NCBI GenBank assembly: GCA_950097015.1
Contig: CATNEN010000024.1
Coordinates: 434,001 to 498,000, forward strand
From: Macrostomum hystrix
Lineage: Eukaryota; Animalia; Platyhelminthes
Reading direction: 5' to 3'
DNA length: 64,000 bases
In this document: one piece after another, positions 13,271-24,829 of the stretch
How the letters are laid out: each line of letters begins with the position of its first letter
Numbering within the stretch: position 1 is the first letter of the stretch
Notes under the pieces: model-generated
The model's input: only the letters and a program-made list of their open reading frames with translations
What the model was told of the DNA's origin: nothing
The model's database searches: none
Translations under genes and position numbers: made by a program

Positions 13271-13929
13271 AAGTCGCACCAGATGTTACTTACACATTTC
13301 AGTTGTTATCGTTGTGTTGGCTGTGTAAAATGGCAGTGAAGCTGCTAGTAATGTTATCGAGGGTTAACCCGCAAAGCTAGCTAATGCTATTTCTCAGAGC
13401 TTCTCAATGCAGGTTGGGATCCGGATTAAACACAGCCATCAAGGCTCAACCTCCCAATAGTCCTTCTAAGCCAGCCAATGCCAAGGCTTGCAGTTGCTAT
13501 GCGGGTAGAACTAGATGGAAAGGATTGTTTTGTTGCTAACTAACGGGCCGTGACTGCTGCTGCTGCTGTTGCTGCTTTTTTAATATGTTTAGGTGGGGCA
13601 GGTCCAGCCCGGATGCCAGCGCAATGAAACAGTCAAGGATAGGTGGAGGGGTTGATGCGGGCTTGACAATGAATAAAATGCTATTTGATTTGCTTGCAAT
13701 CGGCTTGCTTATCATTTAATTATCAAACATTGAAACTCCGGCTTTGCAGTTTAAATTATTTTGAATAATTTGTAAGACTTCAACATTCAGCTGTGGAAAA
13801 TGTCTGTCCTAAATGGGCTCTCGTGACAAGTTAATTCAATTTTGTTTTCTCAAAAAACCTCTTTGAGCAGCTACAGTACGCAATATTGGGAGAATGGAAA
13901 GGTAGAAAAATGGAAGGATGGAAGGATCA

Positions 13930-15360
13930 CATATCTTCCGTGTCTCACATCTCCGGTGTCTCACCTCTCGCGTGTCTCACCTCTCGCGTGTCTCATCTCT
14001 CGCGTGTCTCACCTCTCCCGTATCTCATCCCTTCCGTGTCTCACCTCTCCCGTGTCTCACCTCTCCCGTATCTCATCTCTTCCGTGTCTCACATCTCCCG
14101 TGTCTCATCTCTCCCGTGTCTCATCTCTCGCGTGTCTCACCTCTCCCGTATCTCATCCCTTCCGTGTCTCACCTCTCCCGTGTCTCACCTCTCCCGTATC
14201 TCATCTCTTCCGTGTCTCACATCTCCCGTGTCTCATCTCTCCCGTGTCTCATCTCTCGCGTGTCTCACCTCTCCCGTATCTCATCTCTTCCGTGTCTCAC
14301 ATCTCCCGTGTCTCATCTCTCCCGTGTCTCACCTCTCCCGTATCTCATCCCTTCCGTGTCTCACCTCTCCCGTGTCTCACCTCTCCCGTATCTCATCTCT
14401 TCCGTGTCTCACATCTCCCGTGTCTCATCTCTCCCGTGTCTCACCTCTCCCGTATCTCATCCCTTCCGTTTCTCACATCTCCCGTGTCTCATCTCTCCCG
14501 TGTCTCATCTCTCGCGTGTCTCACCTCTCCCGTATCTCATCCCTTCCGTGTCTCACCTCTCCCGTGTCTCACCTCTCCCGTATCTCATCTCTTCCGTGTC
14601 TCACATCTCCGGTGTCTCACCTCTCGCGTGTCTCATCTCTCGCGTGTCTCATCTCTCCCGTATCTCATATATCCCGTGTCTCATCTCTCCCGTGTCTCAT
14701 CTCATCCGTATCTCATCTCTCCCGTATCTCATCCCTTCCGTGTCTCACCTCTCCCGTGTCTCACCTCTCCCGTATCTCATCTCTCCCGTATCTCATATCT
14801 CCCGTGTCTCATCTCTCCCGTGTCTCATCTCATCCGTATCTCATCTCTCCCGTATCTCATATCTCCCGTGTCTCATCTCTCCCGTATCTCATCTCATCCG
14901 TATCTCATCTCTCCCGTATCTCATATCTCCCGTGTCTCATCTCTCCCGTGTCTCATCTCATCCGTATCTCATCTCTCCCGTATCTCATCTCTCCCGAATC
15001 TCATCTCTCCCGTTTCTCATCTCATCCGTATCTCATATCTCCCGTATCTCATCTCTCCCGTATCTCATATCTCCCGTGTCTCATCTCTCCCGTGTCTCAT
15101 CTCTCCCGTGTCTCATCTCATCCGTATCTTATCTCATCCGTATCTCATCTCTCCCGAATCTCATCTCTCCCGAATCTCATCTCTCCCGTATCTCATCTCA
15201 TCCGTATCTCATCTCATCCGTATCTCATCTCTCCCGTATCTCATATCTCCCGTATCTCATCTCTCCCGTATCTCATATCTCCCGTGTCTCATCTCTCCCG
15301 TGTCTCATCTCATCCGTATCTCATCTCATCCGTATCTCATCTCTCCCGTATCTCATTTCT
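13930..15360 (+). repeat. 16-bp minisatellite TCTCATCTCTCCCG(T/A)(G/A), array 1
   Basis: Tandem copies; same family as 15897-16265, 17698-19768 and 57005-57580. Confidence 0.95.
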
Positions 15361-15896
15361 TTCATGTCCCATCGCTTCCCACTCTAACAGATAGTTTAGA
15401 CATAGACAGTTTTTGCAATTACATTTTTTTATTTTAAGTCGATAAACTGATAAACAGGTAGGCTGTCGAGCATGCAATTAGTGCGTGTACTTTTAGTAAT
15501 CGCAGCAGTCGAAAGTCCAACAGAACCAGTTGCAATTATATCAATCTGTTGTCACCATCCGTTAATTTTATTATTGTTTTGGATCCTTTACGAGCGTACG
15601 TTTCAGGTACAGTGGACATGTTAAAATAAAAATGTTGATGATACAATCTAGGGCAATGCGAACTTCTGAAGTCTTGCTTCACGCGGTCATACCGATGCTT
15701 TCGGCATAATTAATTTCTGAAGTTTAGTTGCTAATGCACCGGCACAGGCTCATTTCTCTTTAGCTGATCCATCTGGAATAGAAAATGCAATGTCTGAAAA
15801 TCGCATTCATGATATTACGGTTATTTGCAGGCATGATCATGTGGAATAGAGAAATATAACAGCCAAGGTATAACATCAGCATGAATAGGATGGACT

Positions 15897-16265
15897 GGGG
15901 AGAGATGAGACTCGGGAGAGATGAGACTCGGGAGAGATGAGACTCGGGAGAGATGAGACTCGGGAGAGATGAGACTCGGGAGAGATGAGACACGGGAGAG
16001 ATGAGACTCGGGAGAGATGAGACTCGGGAGAGATGAGACTCGGGAGAGATAAGACTCGGGAGAGATGAGACTCGGGAGAGATGAGACTAGGGAGAGATGA
16101 GACACGGGAGAGATGAGACTCGGGAGAGATGAGACACGGGAGAGATGAGACTCGGGAGAGATGAGACACGGGAGAGATGAGACTCGGAAGAGACGAGGCA
16201 CCGGAGAGACAAGGCACGGGAGAGACGAGGCATGGGAGAAACGAGGCACGGGAGAGACAAGGCAG
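15897..16265 (-). repeat. 16-bp minisatellite family, array 2 (inverted: GAGATGAGACTCGGGA on +)
   Basis: Reverse complement of arrays 1 and 3. Confidence 0.95.
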
Positions 16266-16292
16266 GGGAGCGATGACACGCGGCTTGCTCAC

Positions 16293-19200
16293 CCTATCCT
16301 TCAGCAGGAGCCGCAGCTGGTTGCTCATCGGCAGGAGTGCATCCAGCCTGGCAGCCGCGGCAGCCAGCTGTCGCAGGTCCTCGCAGAGTAGCATGCTGAG
16401 CAGCAGCTCGTGCTCATCGGCATCCTCCCTCAGCAGCACAGTCATCACCCAGGACTTGGCAGATGGGTCGTCGGGCAGGAGCAGAAGCCGCAGGCAGCTC
16501 AGCACTGCGTCGCAGTTGATAAAGTGGCAGCCATTGCTCAGCCGCAGGAAGCTCCAGTCTGCCAGCGGCTTCGGGAGAAACGGCAGCTGCGGTGGGCAGT
16601 CGAACTCCAGGCAAAACTTCCAGGCAGAGTCGCAGCTGTTGAGGTAGTTCCACACGACGGCCTCATCGACAGTGGCTTCAATGTCTGATTGCCAGTCAAG
16701 CCATTCGATGCCTCGACTGACCTCAAACGGCCTGCTGTAGGCCAAGATCTTCGCCGCTGACTGTCGGAATCCGAACTTCAAGCAGGCCATCGCTTTGAAT
16801 GTTTCTCGCGCAGTTCGGGCTGATTCCGGGAGCCGACTGAGCAGCTGGCTCAGCGAGCTCTGCGCCTCCGGTTGGCAGTCGCCTTCGCTGAGCTGGATGA
16901 CAGACTGCCGGACAACGTCAAGGATCTGGTGGAACACCAACTGACCCGAGGAAGGCACAGGACAATGTCCAAGGATCGGTAGCGTGACGAATGGGTGAAA
17001 GTAGAACCTGCCCGAGCTCTCTATGGGCCTTAGTTGCTTTTGAAACTGCTGCAGCAGCTTAGGCAGCTCGTCCAGTACGTCCTTCAGCACCTCAGCTACT
17101 TCTGCGGCGCAACCGCATTCGGCGCCTTTCAGGTACAGGCCTGCGTCCTCCAGGAAGAAGTGCTCCATGATGCGGCCCTCAGGACTCTCTGAGCTGCAGC
17201 ATTCAGCCATGATTTTTAGGGCTCGCCTTAACAGATCGATGAGGTTCTCCGCCCGCCACTGCTCAGTTGGTGTCTCCTCCAGCATGCGGAAGGTGACAGT
17301 CTTGGCATGGTAGGCCTTCAGGCCGCTGACACGGCGGCCGACCACCTTCTTCACCAGGTATTTGAGCGTGACGAACAGCTGGCCCTGCAGGCTGGTCAGG
17401 CTGCGCAGGAGCCGGTTCTCCAAGAAGGTGGTGCTCACCCGGAGCTGCCCGCCCGCTTGGCCCGGAGCCGCCGCGTGCACCACGTGGCAGGGGGTGTTCG
17501 CCAACTGCTGGCTCAACGCTTCGAGCACTGAGTCGCGGATGCAGGTGGCCCGATCTGGTTGCAATGGCCCAATGGATGGGTAGCAGCAGAGTCTGCAGGC
17601 GTAGACATGGTCGACGGCGGGTCGCGCGGCGGACCCGCGGGACGGGACAGCCGGGTTCGACGCTAAACAGATTGAATTAGAAGGCCTATAATTCACTCAT
17701 CTATCCCGTGTCTCATCTCTCCCTGTCTATTCTCTCCCATGTCTCACCTCTCCCGTGTCTCATCTCTCTCGTGTCTCATCTCTCACGTGTCTCATCTCTC
17801 GCGTGTCTCACCTCTCCCGAATCTCATCCCTTCCGTGTCTCATCTCTCTCATGTCTTATCTCTCCCGTGTCTCATCTGTCCCCTGTCTCATCTCTCCCAT
17901 GTCTCACCTCTCCCGTGTCTCATCTCTCTCGTGTCTCATCTCTCCCGTGTCTCATCTCTCTCATGTCTCATCTCTCCCGTGTCTCATCTGTCCCCTGTCT
18001 CATCTCTCCCTGTCTCATCTCTCCCATGTCTCACCTCTCCCGTGTCTCATCTCTCTCGTGTCTCATCTCTCCCTGTCTCATCTCTCCCATGTCTCACCTC
18101 TCCCGTGTCTCATCTCTCTCGTGTCTCATCTCTCCCGTGTCTCATCTCTCCCTGTCTCATCTCTCCCGTGTCTCATCTGTCCCCTGTCTCATCTCTCCCT
18201 GTCTCATCTCTCCCATGTCTCACCTCTCCCGTGTCTCATCTCTCCCGTGTCTCATCTGTCCCCTGTCTCATCTCTCCCGTATCTCATCTCTCCCGTGTCT
18301 CATCTCTCCCGAGTCTCATCTCTCGCGTGTCTCATCTCTCCCATGTCTCACCTCTCCCGTGTCTCATCTGTCCCCTGTCTCATCTCTCCCGTATCTCATC
18401 TCTCCCATGTCTCATCTCTCTCGTGTCTCACCTCTCCCTGTCTCATCTCTCCCGTGTCTCATCTCTCCCATGTCTCATCTCTCCCGTGTCTAATCTCTCT
18501 CGTGTCTCATCTCTCCCGTGTCTCATCTCTCCCGTGTCTCATCTCTCCCATGTCTCACCTCTCCCGTGTCTCATCTCTCTCGTGTCTCATCTCTCCCGTG
18601 TCTCATCTCTCCCTGTCTCATCTCTCCCATGTCTCACCTCTCCCGTGTCTCATCTCTCTCATGTCTCATCTCTCCCGTGTCTCATCTGTCCCTGTCTCAT
18701 CTCTCCCGTATCTCATCTCTCCCGTGTCTCATCTCTCCCTGTCTCATCTCTCCCATGTCTCACCTCTCCCGTGTCTCATCTCTCTCGTGTCTCATCTCTC
18801 CCTGTCTCATCTCTCCCTGTCTCATCTCTCCCATGTCTCACCTCTCCCGTGTCTCATCTCTCTTGTGTCTCATCTCTCCCGTGTCTCATCTCTCCCATGT
18901 CTCACCTCTCCCGTGTCTCATCTCTCTCGTGTCTCACCTCTCCCGTGTCTCATCTCTCTCGTGTCTCACCTCTCCCGTGTCTCATCTGTCCCCTGTCTCA
19001 TCTCTCCCGTGTCTCATCTGTCCCCTGTCTCATCTCTCTCTGTCTCATCTCTCCCATGTCTCACCTCTCCCGTGTCTCATCTCTCTCGTGTCTCATCTCT
19101 CCCTGTCTCATCTCTCCCTGTCTCATCTCTCCCATTTCTCACCTCTCCCGTGTCTCATCTGTCCCCTGTCTCATCTCTCCCTGTCTCATCTCTCCCATGT

Positions 19201-20295
19201 CTCACCTCTCCCGTGTCTCATCTCTCTCGTGTCTCACCTCTCCCGTGTCTCATCTCTCTCATGTCTCATCTCTCCCTTGTCTCATCTGTCCCCTGTCTCA
19301 TCTCTCCCTGTCTCATCTCTCCCATGTCTCACCTCTCCCGTGTCTCATCTCTCTCGTGTCTCATCTCTCCCTGTCTCATCTCTCCCTGTCTCATCTCTCC
19401 CATGTCTCACCTCTCCCGTGTCTCATCTGTCCCCTGTCTCATCTCTCCCATGGTTCATCTCTCCCATGTCTCACTTCTCCCGTGTCTCATCTCTCTCGTG
19501 TCTCATCTCTCCCGTGTCTCATCTGTCCCCTGTCTCATCTCTCCCTGTCTCATCTCTCCCATGTCTCATCTCTCCCGTATCTCATCTCTCCCGTGTCTCA
19601 ACTCTCCCGTATCTCATCTCTCCCGTGTCTCATCTCTCCCGAGTCTCATCTCTCCCGAATCTCATCTCTCCCGTGTCTCATCTCTCCCGTGTCTCATCTC
19701 TCCCGAGTCTCATCTCTCCCGAATCTCATCTCTCCCGTGTCTCATCTCTCCCGAATCTCATCTCTCCCTATAATTCATATTCTGATGAATTCGTGTAAAA
19801 ATCTTGAATGCTCCACGCCCTGACTACACGAGCTGATAATATCACATTAAAGGAAATAGATTAGCGGAGTTCTCGGAAATATATGCGCTCAGATTTTTGC
19901 AGACAATAAAATGACAAGCCGACTCACTGAAGCCAGAAACCACAATGTGACCATTCACATATGCCACCAAGTCCTCCCGTTTCACCGAGCCGCAGCGGCA
20001 GTGTTCCTCCAGGTGATACAGCCGGCCCTGGATTAGGCGCATCATGTCGATGTCGGACTCAAAGTCCGTCCTGCCGTCCAGCTGGCTGAGACTGTTGCCC
20101 CAACCCTCCGAGTAGCTGCCCACGATGAACGACGAGCTGCCGCGGCCGAGTCGCTGATCCAGAATCCGCTGCAGGACGTCGCCCACAGCGCTTTGCAATG
20201 CGGCTCTGGCGCGGACGAAGCCGGCCCGCCGGAGTGCCTCGTGCAGCCGCAGGCTGAGCTGGCACTCACTCGCGGCGCCTGAGTCGGCTGAGAAT
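16293..20295 (-). CDS. Mab-21/cGAS-like nucleotidyltransferase (cGLR); 5' and 3' ends uncertain
   Basis: Exon 19928-20295 has GSYSEG..ESDIDMM. A phase-1 intron (GTGAGT at 19927, TTTAG at 17663) joins it to exon 16293-17662, which has VDHVYAC, CHVVH, LRVSTTFLENRLL, LKYLVKK, LKAYHAKT and HFF, the conserved Mab-21 motifs in order, followed by a helical C-terminal extension ending at a GTGAGC donor. Confidence 0.88.
17698..19768 (+). repeat. 16-bp minisatellite family, array 3 (with 15-bp variants)
   Basis: Fills the intron between the two cGLR exons. Confidence 0.96.
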
Positions 20296-20743
20296 CTGCG
20301 AAGTTCAAGTATGATGCTTGACGTTTCGCTTGATTCGGTTCAGAATTCAGACTTTTTGGTGCCGAAAATTCTCACGAATGTAATCTTTTTATTGTGGTGT
20401 ATTGAATTGTCACAGGCCTGACTTTCGGGTTACAACTGGGTAACGACCTCGGGGGTATTTCAAATACCCACTGAGAGACACAGATACAGAAAATGGAGGA
20501 GATATGTAGAAATATAGGAGATACAGAAAAAATGTAATAACTTTAAGTACCCCATGGTATTTCTACTGTTAAAGGCTGAGTATGATGAGCAAGTGAGGGC
20601 GAATGTACTCAGTTTTTAATGCTCTGAATTAAAAGCACAGGACTTGTTTCTCGGCCGCGGCAAAACGGAGGCCTGGAAGCGAGTCCGAGGCTTTTAATTT
20701 AGGCCATAGACTAAAATGAAGAGAAGAAATATTTTATACCCAA

Positions 20744-20749
20744 TTTATT
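20744..20749 (-). promoter_or_regulatory. Candidate AATAAA poly(A) signal after the ankyrin ORF
   Basis: TTTATT on +, about 120 nt downstream of the stop at 20869, followed by T-rich sequence on the minus strand. Confidence 0.45.
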
Positions 20750-20868
20750 GCCATACTAAAATGGCACAAGTCCGTGCAGCAATCATAATGTCTATGGTAA
20801 AACATCATTGAATTCCACAACCTGTGCCATTGACCTGAATGCTCTTTGGTATCGATAATCAGAATAGC

Positions 20869-22608
20869 TCACATGCCCAATGTGGATTCCTCAGCCTCCG
20901 TATCAGGGTTAGCTTCTGTTTCGCCAGACGAAGCAATTTCTCTGAACAGGCTGACCACCTGGCGGTGCCCGTTCAGTTCAGCAACCTCGGAAGGCGAGAC
21001 TCCATCGCGATTCCTAATGCTAGGATCGGCTTCCGCCTGCAGCAACAGCCGCACAACGGCCTCGTGACCATTCTGAGCGGCTATGAAAATCGGCGTGCAG
21101 CCGGACAGTTCCGGCAGATCCACGTCAGCCCCGGCTCTGATCAGGGATCGCACGATCTGGTAGCGCCCCAGCTGCGCCGCAATGTACAGCGGCGCACCGC
21201 CCTGACTGTCTTGCAGGTTCACATCGGCACTGGCGTTAATAAGTAGATCTACAATGCGACTGTGGCCATCCTGGGATGCGATGAACAGGGGAGTATTGCC
21301 GCTGATAGTCTGGGCGTTCACATCAGCCTGGGCCTTCGTTAGCAGGGCCACAACCCGGTCGTGCCCGTTTTGGCTAGCAATGTACAGGGCCGTGCAGCCA
21401 CGATCGTTCCGCAGGTCGATGTCCGCCTGAGCTCTAACTAGCGCATCGATGATCACCAAATGGCCAAACTGGGCAGCCGTGTACAGCGCTGGCTCACCCG
21501 AGTCTCTTTGAAGGTTGACGTCCGCCTGGGCATTGATAAGAAGCTGCGCGACTGTCCGGTGCCCATTCTGAGCGGCGCTGTAGAGAGCGGACTCGCCAGT
21601 GCTGCGCTGAGCGTCAACCTCAGCCTGAGACGCTACGAGAAGCTTCACGACGCGTTCGTGATTGTTCTGCGCCGCAACGTACAGCGGCGAAGAGCCGGAG
21701 TTCCTAAAGAGGTCAACACGAGCCTTGGCCTCAATAAGAATCCTAGCTACTTCTTCATGCCCGTTCTGTGCCGCTATGTACAGTGGCGAGCAGCCATCAG
21801 CCTCCTGTAGATTGACATCTGCCTGGGCCGCGATAAGCGACCTAACAATGCCTGGGAAGTTATTTTGCGATGCCACGAAAAGAGGGGAGAAGCCGTCCGT
21901 TGTCTGCAAATCGACGTCGGCTCCGGCCCTGATGAGCGCTGCGACAACAGCACAGTGTCCGTTCTGAGCCGCAATGTACAGCGGAGTGCAGCCATCCGTT
22001 TCTCGAAGGTTCAAATCCGCACAGGCCTGCATCAGGGACTGGGCCGCCTTGGTGTGGCCGTTCTGTGCGGCGATGTACAGCGGCGTGACGCCATTGCTCA
22101 ACTGGTGGTTGACGTCGGCGCCGGCCGCAGCCAGTAGGCCGACGACTTCACCGTGACCGTTCCTTGACGCACAATGGATTGGCGACTCTCCCGTGTTGGC
22201 CTGCACATTCACCTCCGCCTTGGCTCTGAGCAGCTGCTCAACTACCTTAATATGGCCATTCTGTGACGCAATGTAGAGAGGGGTAGCGCCTAATCTTTGC
22301 CTGAATGTTAAATCGGCCTGTGCCCTGACTAGCAGCTCCACTGCTTGATGGTTGCCCTTCTGTGCTGCGATGTACAGTGGAGAGCAGCCATTGAATTGGA
22401 GTATGTTGACGTCGGATTGGCCGAGCAGAAATTTTCGCAGAGGCCTCAGCAACTCAAACTCCGAAGCTAAGTGAAGCGGAGTGGTCTCAATGCTGGAGTG
22501 GATTTTCAGCCACCTCTCGCCGTCTGTCTCGGCATCGACGAGGTTGGAAAGCTTGGCCAGGTCGTTCTTCGCAATGGCCACAAGGTACTCAAACTCTTGA
22601 GACTGCAT
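20869..22608 (-). CDS. Ankyrin-repeat protein, about 16 repeats, single coding exon (possibly the N-terminus of the cGLR)
   Basis: 579-aa ORF with recurring 33-aa (T/S)PLYIAAQNGHxxVVxxLLxAxADVN units; ATG preceded by an acceptor-like TCTCTTAG. Confidence 0.93.
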   Translation of the reverse strand: MQSQEFEYLVAIAKNDLAKLSNLVDAETDGERWLKIHSSIETTPLHLASEFELLRPLRKFLLGQSDVNILQFNGCSPLYIAAQKGNHQAVELLVRAQADLTFRQRLGATPLYIASQNGHIKVVEQLLRAKAEVNVQANTGESPIHCASRNGHGEVVGLLAAAGADVNHQLSNGVTPLYIAAQNGHTKAAQSLMQACADLNLRETDGCTPLYIAAQNGHCAVVAALIRAGADVDLQTTDGFSPLFVASQNNFPGIVRSLIAAQADVNLQEADGCSPLYIAAQNGHEEVARILIEAKARVDLFRNSGSSPLYVAAQNNHERVVKLLVASQAEVDAQRSTGESALYSAAQNGHRTVAQLLINAQADVNLQRDSGEPALYTAAQFGHLVIIDALVRAQADIDLRNDRGCTALYIASQNGHDRVVALLTKAQADVNAQTISGNTPLFIASQDGHSRIVDLLINASADVNLQDSQGGAPLYIAAQLGRYQIVRSLIRAGADVDLPELSGCTPIFIAAQNGHEAVVRLLLQAEADPSIRNRDGVSPSEVAELNGHRQVVSLFREIASSGETEANPDTEAEESTLGM

Positions 22609-22994
22609 GGTAGTCGTCTCTACTAAGAGACTTACAGATTATGTTTTCAGGCCCTCGTTAGCTTTGCAATCTTATAAAAAGCTTAGCTGTATTGGGAGGG
22701 AGGTCTAGAAAGGATAGCACACTGTTGGTACCTTATTCTGTATGATTGTAGTGTGAAAGAATAACTCACGCTGTGTTTCAGAAATCCATGATAATGTACA
22801 TTATTTATAAGCTAAAAATAATGCCTTATGATATTGTGGACTGGTTTCGACGCCCAACCTACAATTGTGCAAAGGAATTTAGTCTGACATGACTCACGCA
22901 CATTCAGTACAAAGTCTACACAGAAGTAGAAGTGTACTCTAGGACGTTCTCAAACGCCTACATTTTAACAGAGTTGCAATGCACTTGCTTTGCA

Positions 22995-24058
22995 GTGTAT
23001 GTCAGGGAATGTGAATTTGAGGGTATGCGAAGTTTTACAAATGTGAAGTTTGGGTAATGTGAAGCTTGGGTAATGTGAAGTTTGGGTAATGTGAAGTTTG
23101 AGTAATATGAAGTTTTGGTAATGTGAAGTTTGGGTAATGTGAAGTAAGGGTAATGTGAATTTTAGGTAATGTGAAGTTTGTGGAATGTGAAGTTTGGGTA
23201 ATGTGAAGTTTGGGTAATGTGAAGTTAGGGTAATGTGAAGTTTGAGTAATGTAAAGTTTGGGTAATGTGAAGTTTGGGTAATGTGAATTTTGTGGAATGT
23301 CAAGTTTGGGTAATGTGAAGTTTGGGTAATGTAAAGTTTGGGTAATGTGAATTTTGGGTAATGTGAAGTTTGGGTAATGTGAAGTTTGTGGAATTTGAAG
23401 TTTGGGTAATGTGAAGTTTGGGTAATGTGAAATTTGTGGAATGTGAAGTTTGGGTAATGTGAAGTTTGGGTAATTTGAAGTTTGGGTAATGTGAAGTTTG
23501 GGTAGTGTGAAGTTTGGGTAATGTGAAGTTAGGGTAATGTGAAGTTTGAGTAATATGAAGTTTGGGTAATGTGAAGTTTGTGGAATGTGAAGTTTGGGTA
23601 ATGTGAAGTTTGGGTAATGTGAAGTTTGGGTAATGTGAAGTTAGGGTAATGTGAAGTTTGAGTAATATGAAGTTTGGGTAATGTGAAGTTTGGGTAATGT
23701 GAAGTTTGAGTAATATGAAGTTTGGGTAATGTGAAGTTTGGGTAATGTGAAGTTTGGGTAATGTGAAGTTAGGGTAATGTGAAGTTTGGGTAATGTGAAG
23801 TTTGGGTAATGTGAAGTTTGGGTAATGTGAAGTTTGGGTAATGTGAAGTTTGGGTAATGTGAATTTTGTGGAATGTGAAGTTTGGGTAATGTGAAGTTTG
23901 GGTAATGTGAAGTTTGGGTAATGTGAAGTTTGGGTAATGTGAATTTTGTGGAATGTGAAGTTTGGGTAATGTGAAGTTTAGGTAATGTGAAGTTTGGGTA
24001 ATGTGAAGTTTGGGTAATGTGAAGGTTGGGTAATGTGAAGTTTGGGTAATGTGAAGTT
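22995..24058. repeat. 16-bp minisatellite TAATGTGAAGTTTGGG
   Basis: Continuous tandem array. Confidence 0.97.
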
Positions 24059-24166
24059 TTAAGGTGAATAAAATACATAAACGTATTTTATGGTGTCCAC
24101 GGTCTCAGACATTGAGAAAATATGTATTCATAAAAAATGGCCAACAAAATAAATAAGTTTATCCGG

Positions 24167-24685
24167 TTATTTGTAAGAGTTGGTAAGTCCCAACCGCTTA
24201 AACTGCTCAAATGTGAGGCTCTGGCTCAGCGCTGACAGCTCCTGCAGCACCGTCTTGGTGATGATTGGCTCGCAGTAGATGGTCAGATCTAGCTGGCTGA
24301 TTTTGCCAGTTCCCTGGCTGTCCACGAGCTGGAACAGTCGCTGCGCCACCGAGTAGTCGCGTCCGTTGCCATAGACAGTGGATATGAAGTCGACTAGCTC
24401 TGCCTTGGTCATGTGCTCAGGCAGCGTGTTAGCGAATAGCTCGCAGCCGATGAATTTCAATACGACGAAGTCGCTCTGCAGTTTTTCTTCGTCCAGTTTG
24501 TAAACAGCGCGCAGTTTTGAATTGCGAGTGTTCTCAATATACTGCCGGCGCACTTTTTCCTCGGCTAGAACCAGCTTCTTGGCCAGCTCAGAGCAATTCA
24601 CAACAGGCTGGCCCTCCACCTGCCGACTCATTGACGAGAATATGAGACAGGCCTTGGCCTCCCGCAGAGCTTGAATTCCACTCAT
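24167..24685 (-). CDS. Small EF-hand-containing protein (172 aa)
   Basis: Non-repetitive ORF from the ATG at 24685, with helix-loop-helix AQRLFQLV-DSQGTGKISQLD-L; acceptor-like CTGTTAG just upstream. Confidence 0.72.
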   Translation of the reverse strand: MSGIQALREAKACLIFSSMSRQVEGQPVVNCSELAKKLVLAEEKVRRQYIENTRNSKLRAVYKLDEEKLQSDFVVLKFIGCELFANTLPEHMTKAELVDFISTVYGNGRDYSVAQRLFQLVDSQGTGKISQLDLTIYCEPIITKTVLQELSALSQSLTFEQFKRLGLTNSYK

Positions 24686-24829
24686 GATTGGCACTAACAG
24701 TAGCCTGGGCTTGCCTTTGCAAATAAAAAAATAAATATACTAACGTATTTTCGCTTTTTTAGAACAGCTTTGGGCCATAGACTACCGGACCATCAGTTCA
24801 GAAAGATAATTCTAAAGTGCTTCGTGTTT

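Noticed and set aside
16161-17583. Plus-strand ORFs overlapping the cGLR exon, and similar antisense ORFs over the ankyrin, mariner and LCA5 exons
   Set aside because: GC-rich antisense shadows with no recognisable motifs.
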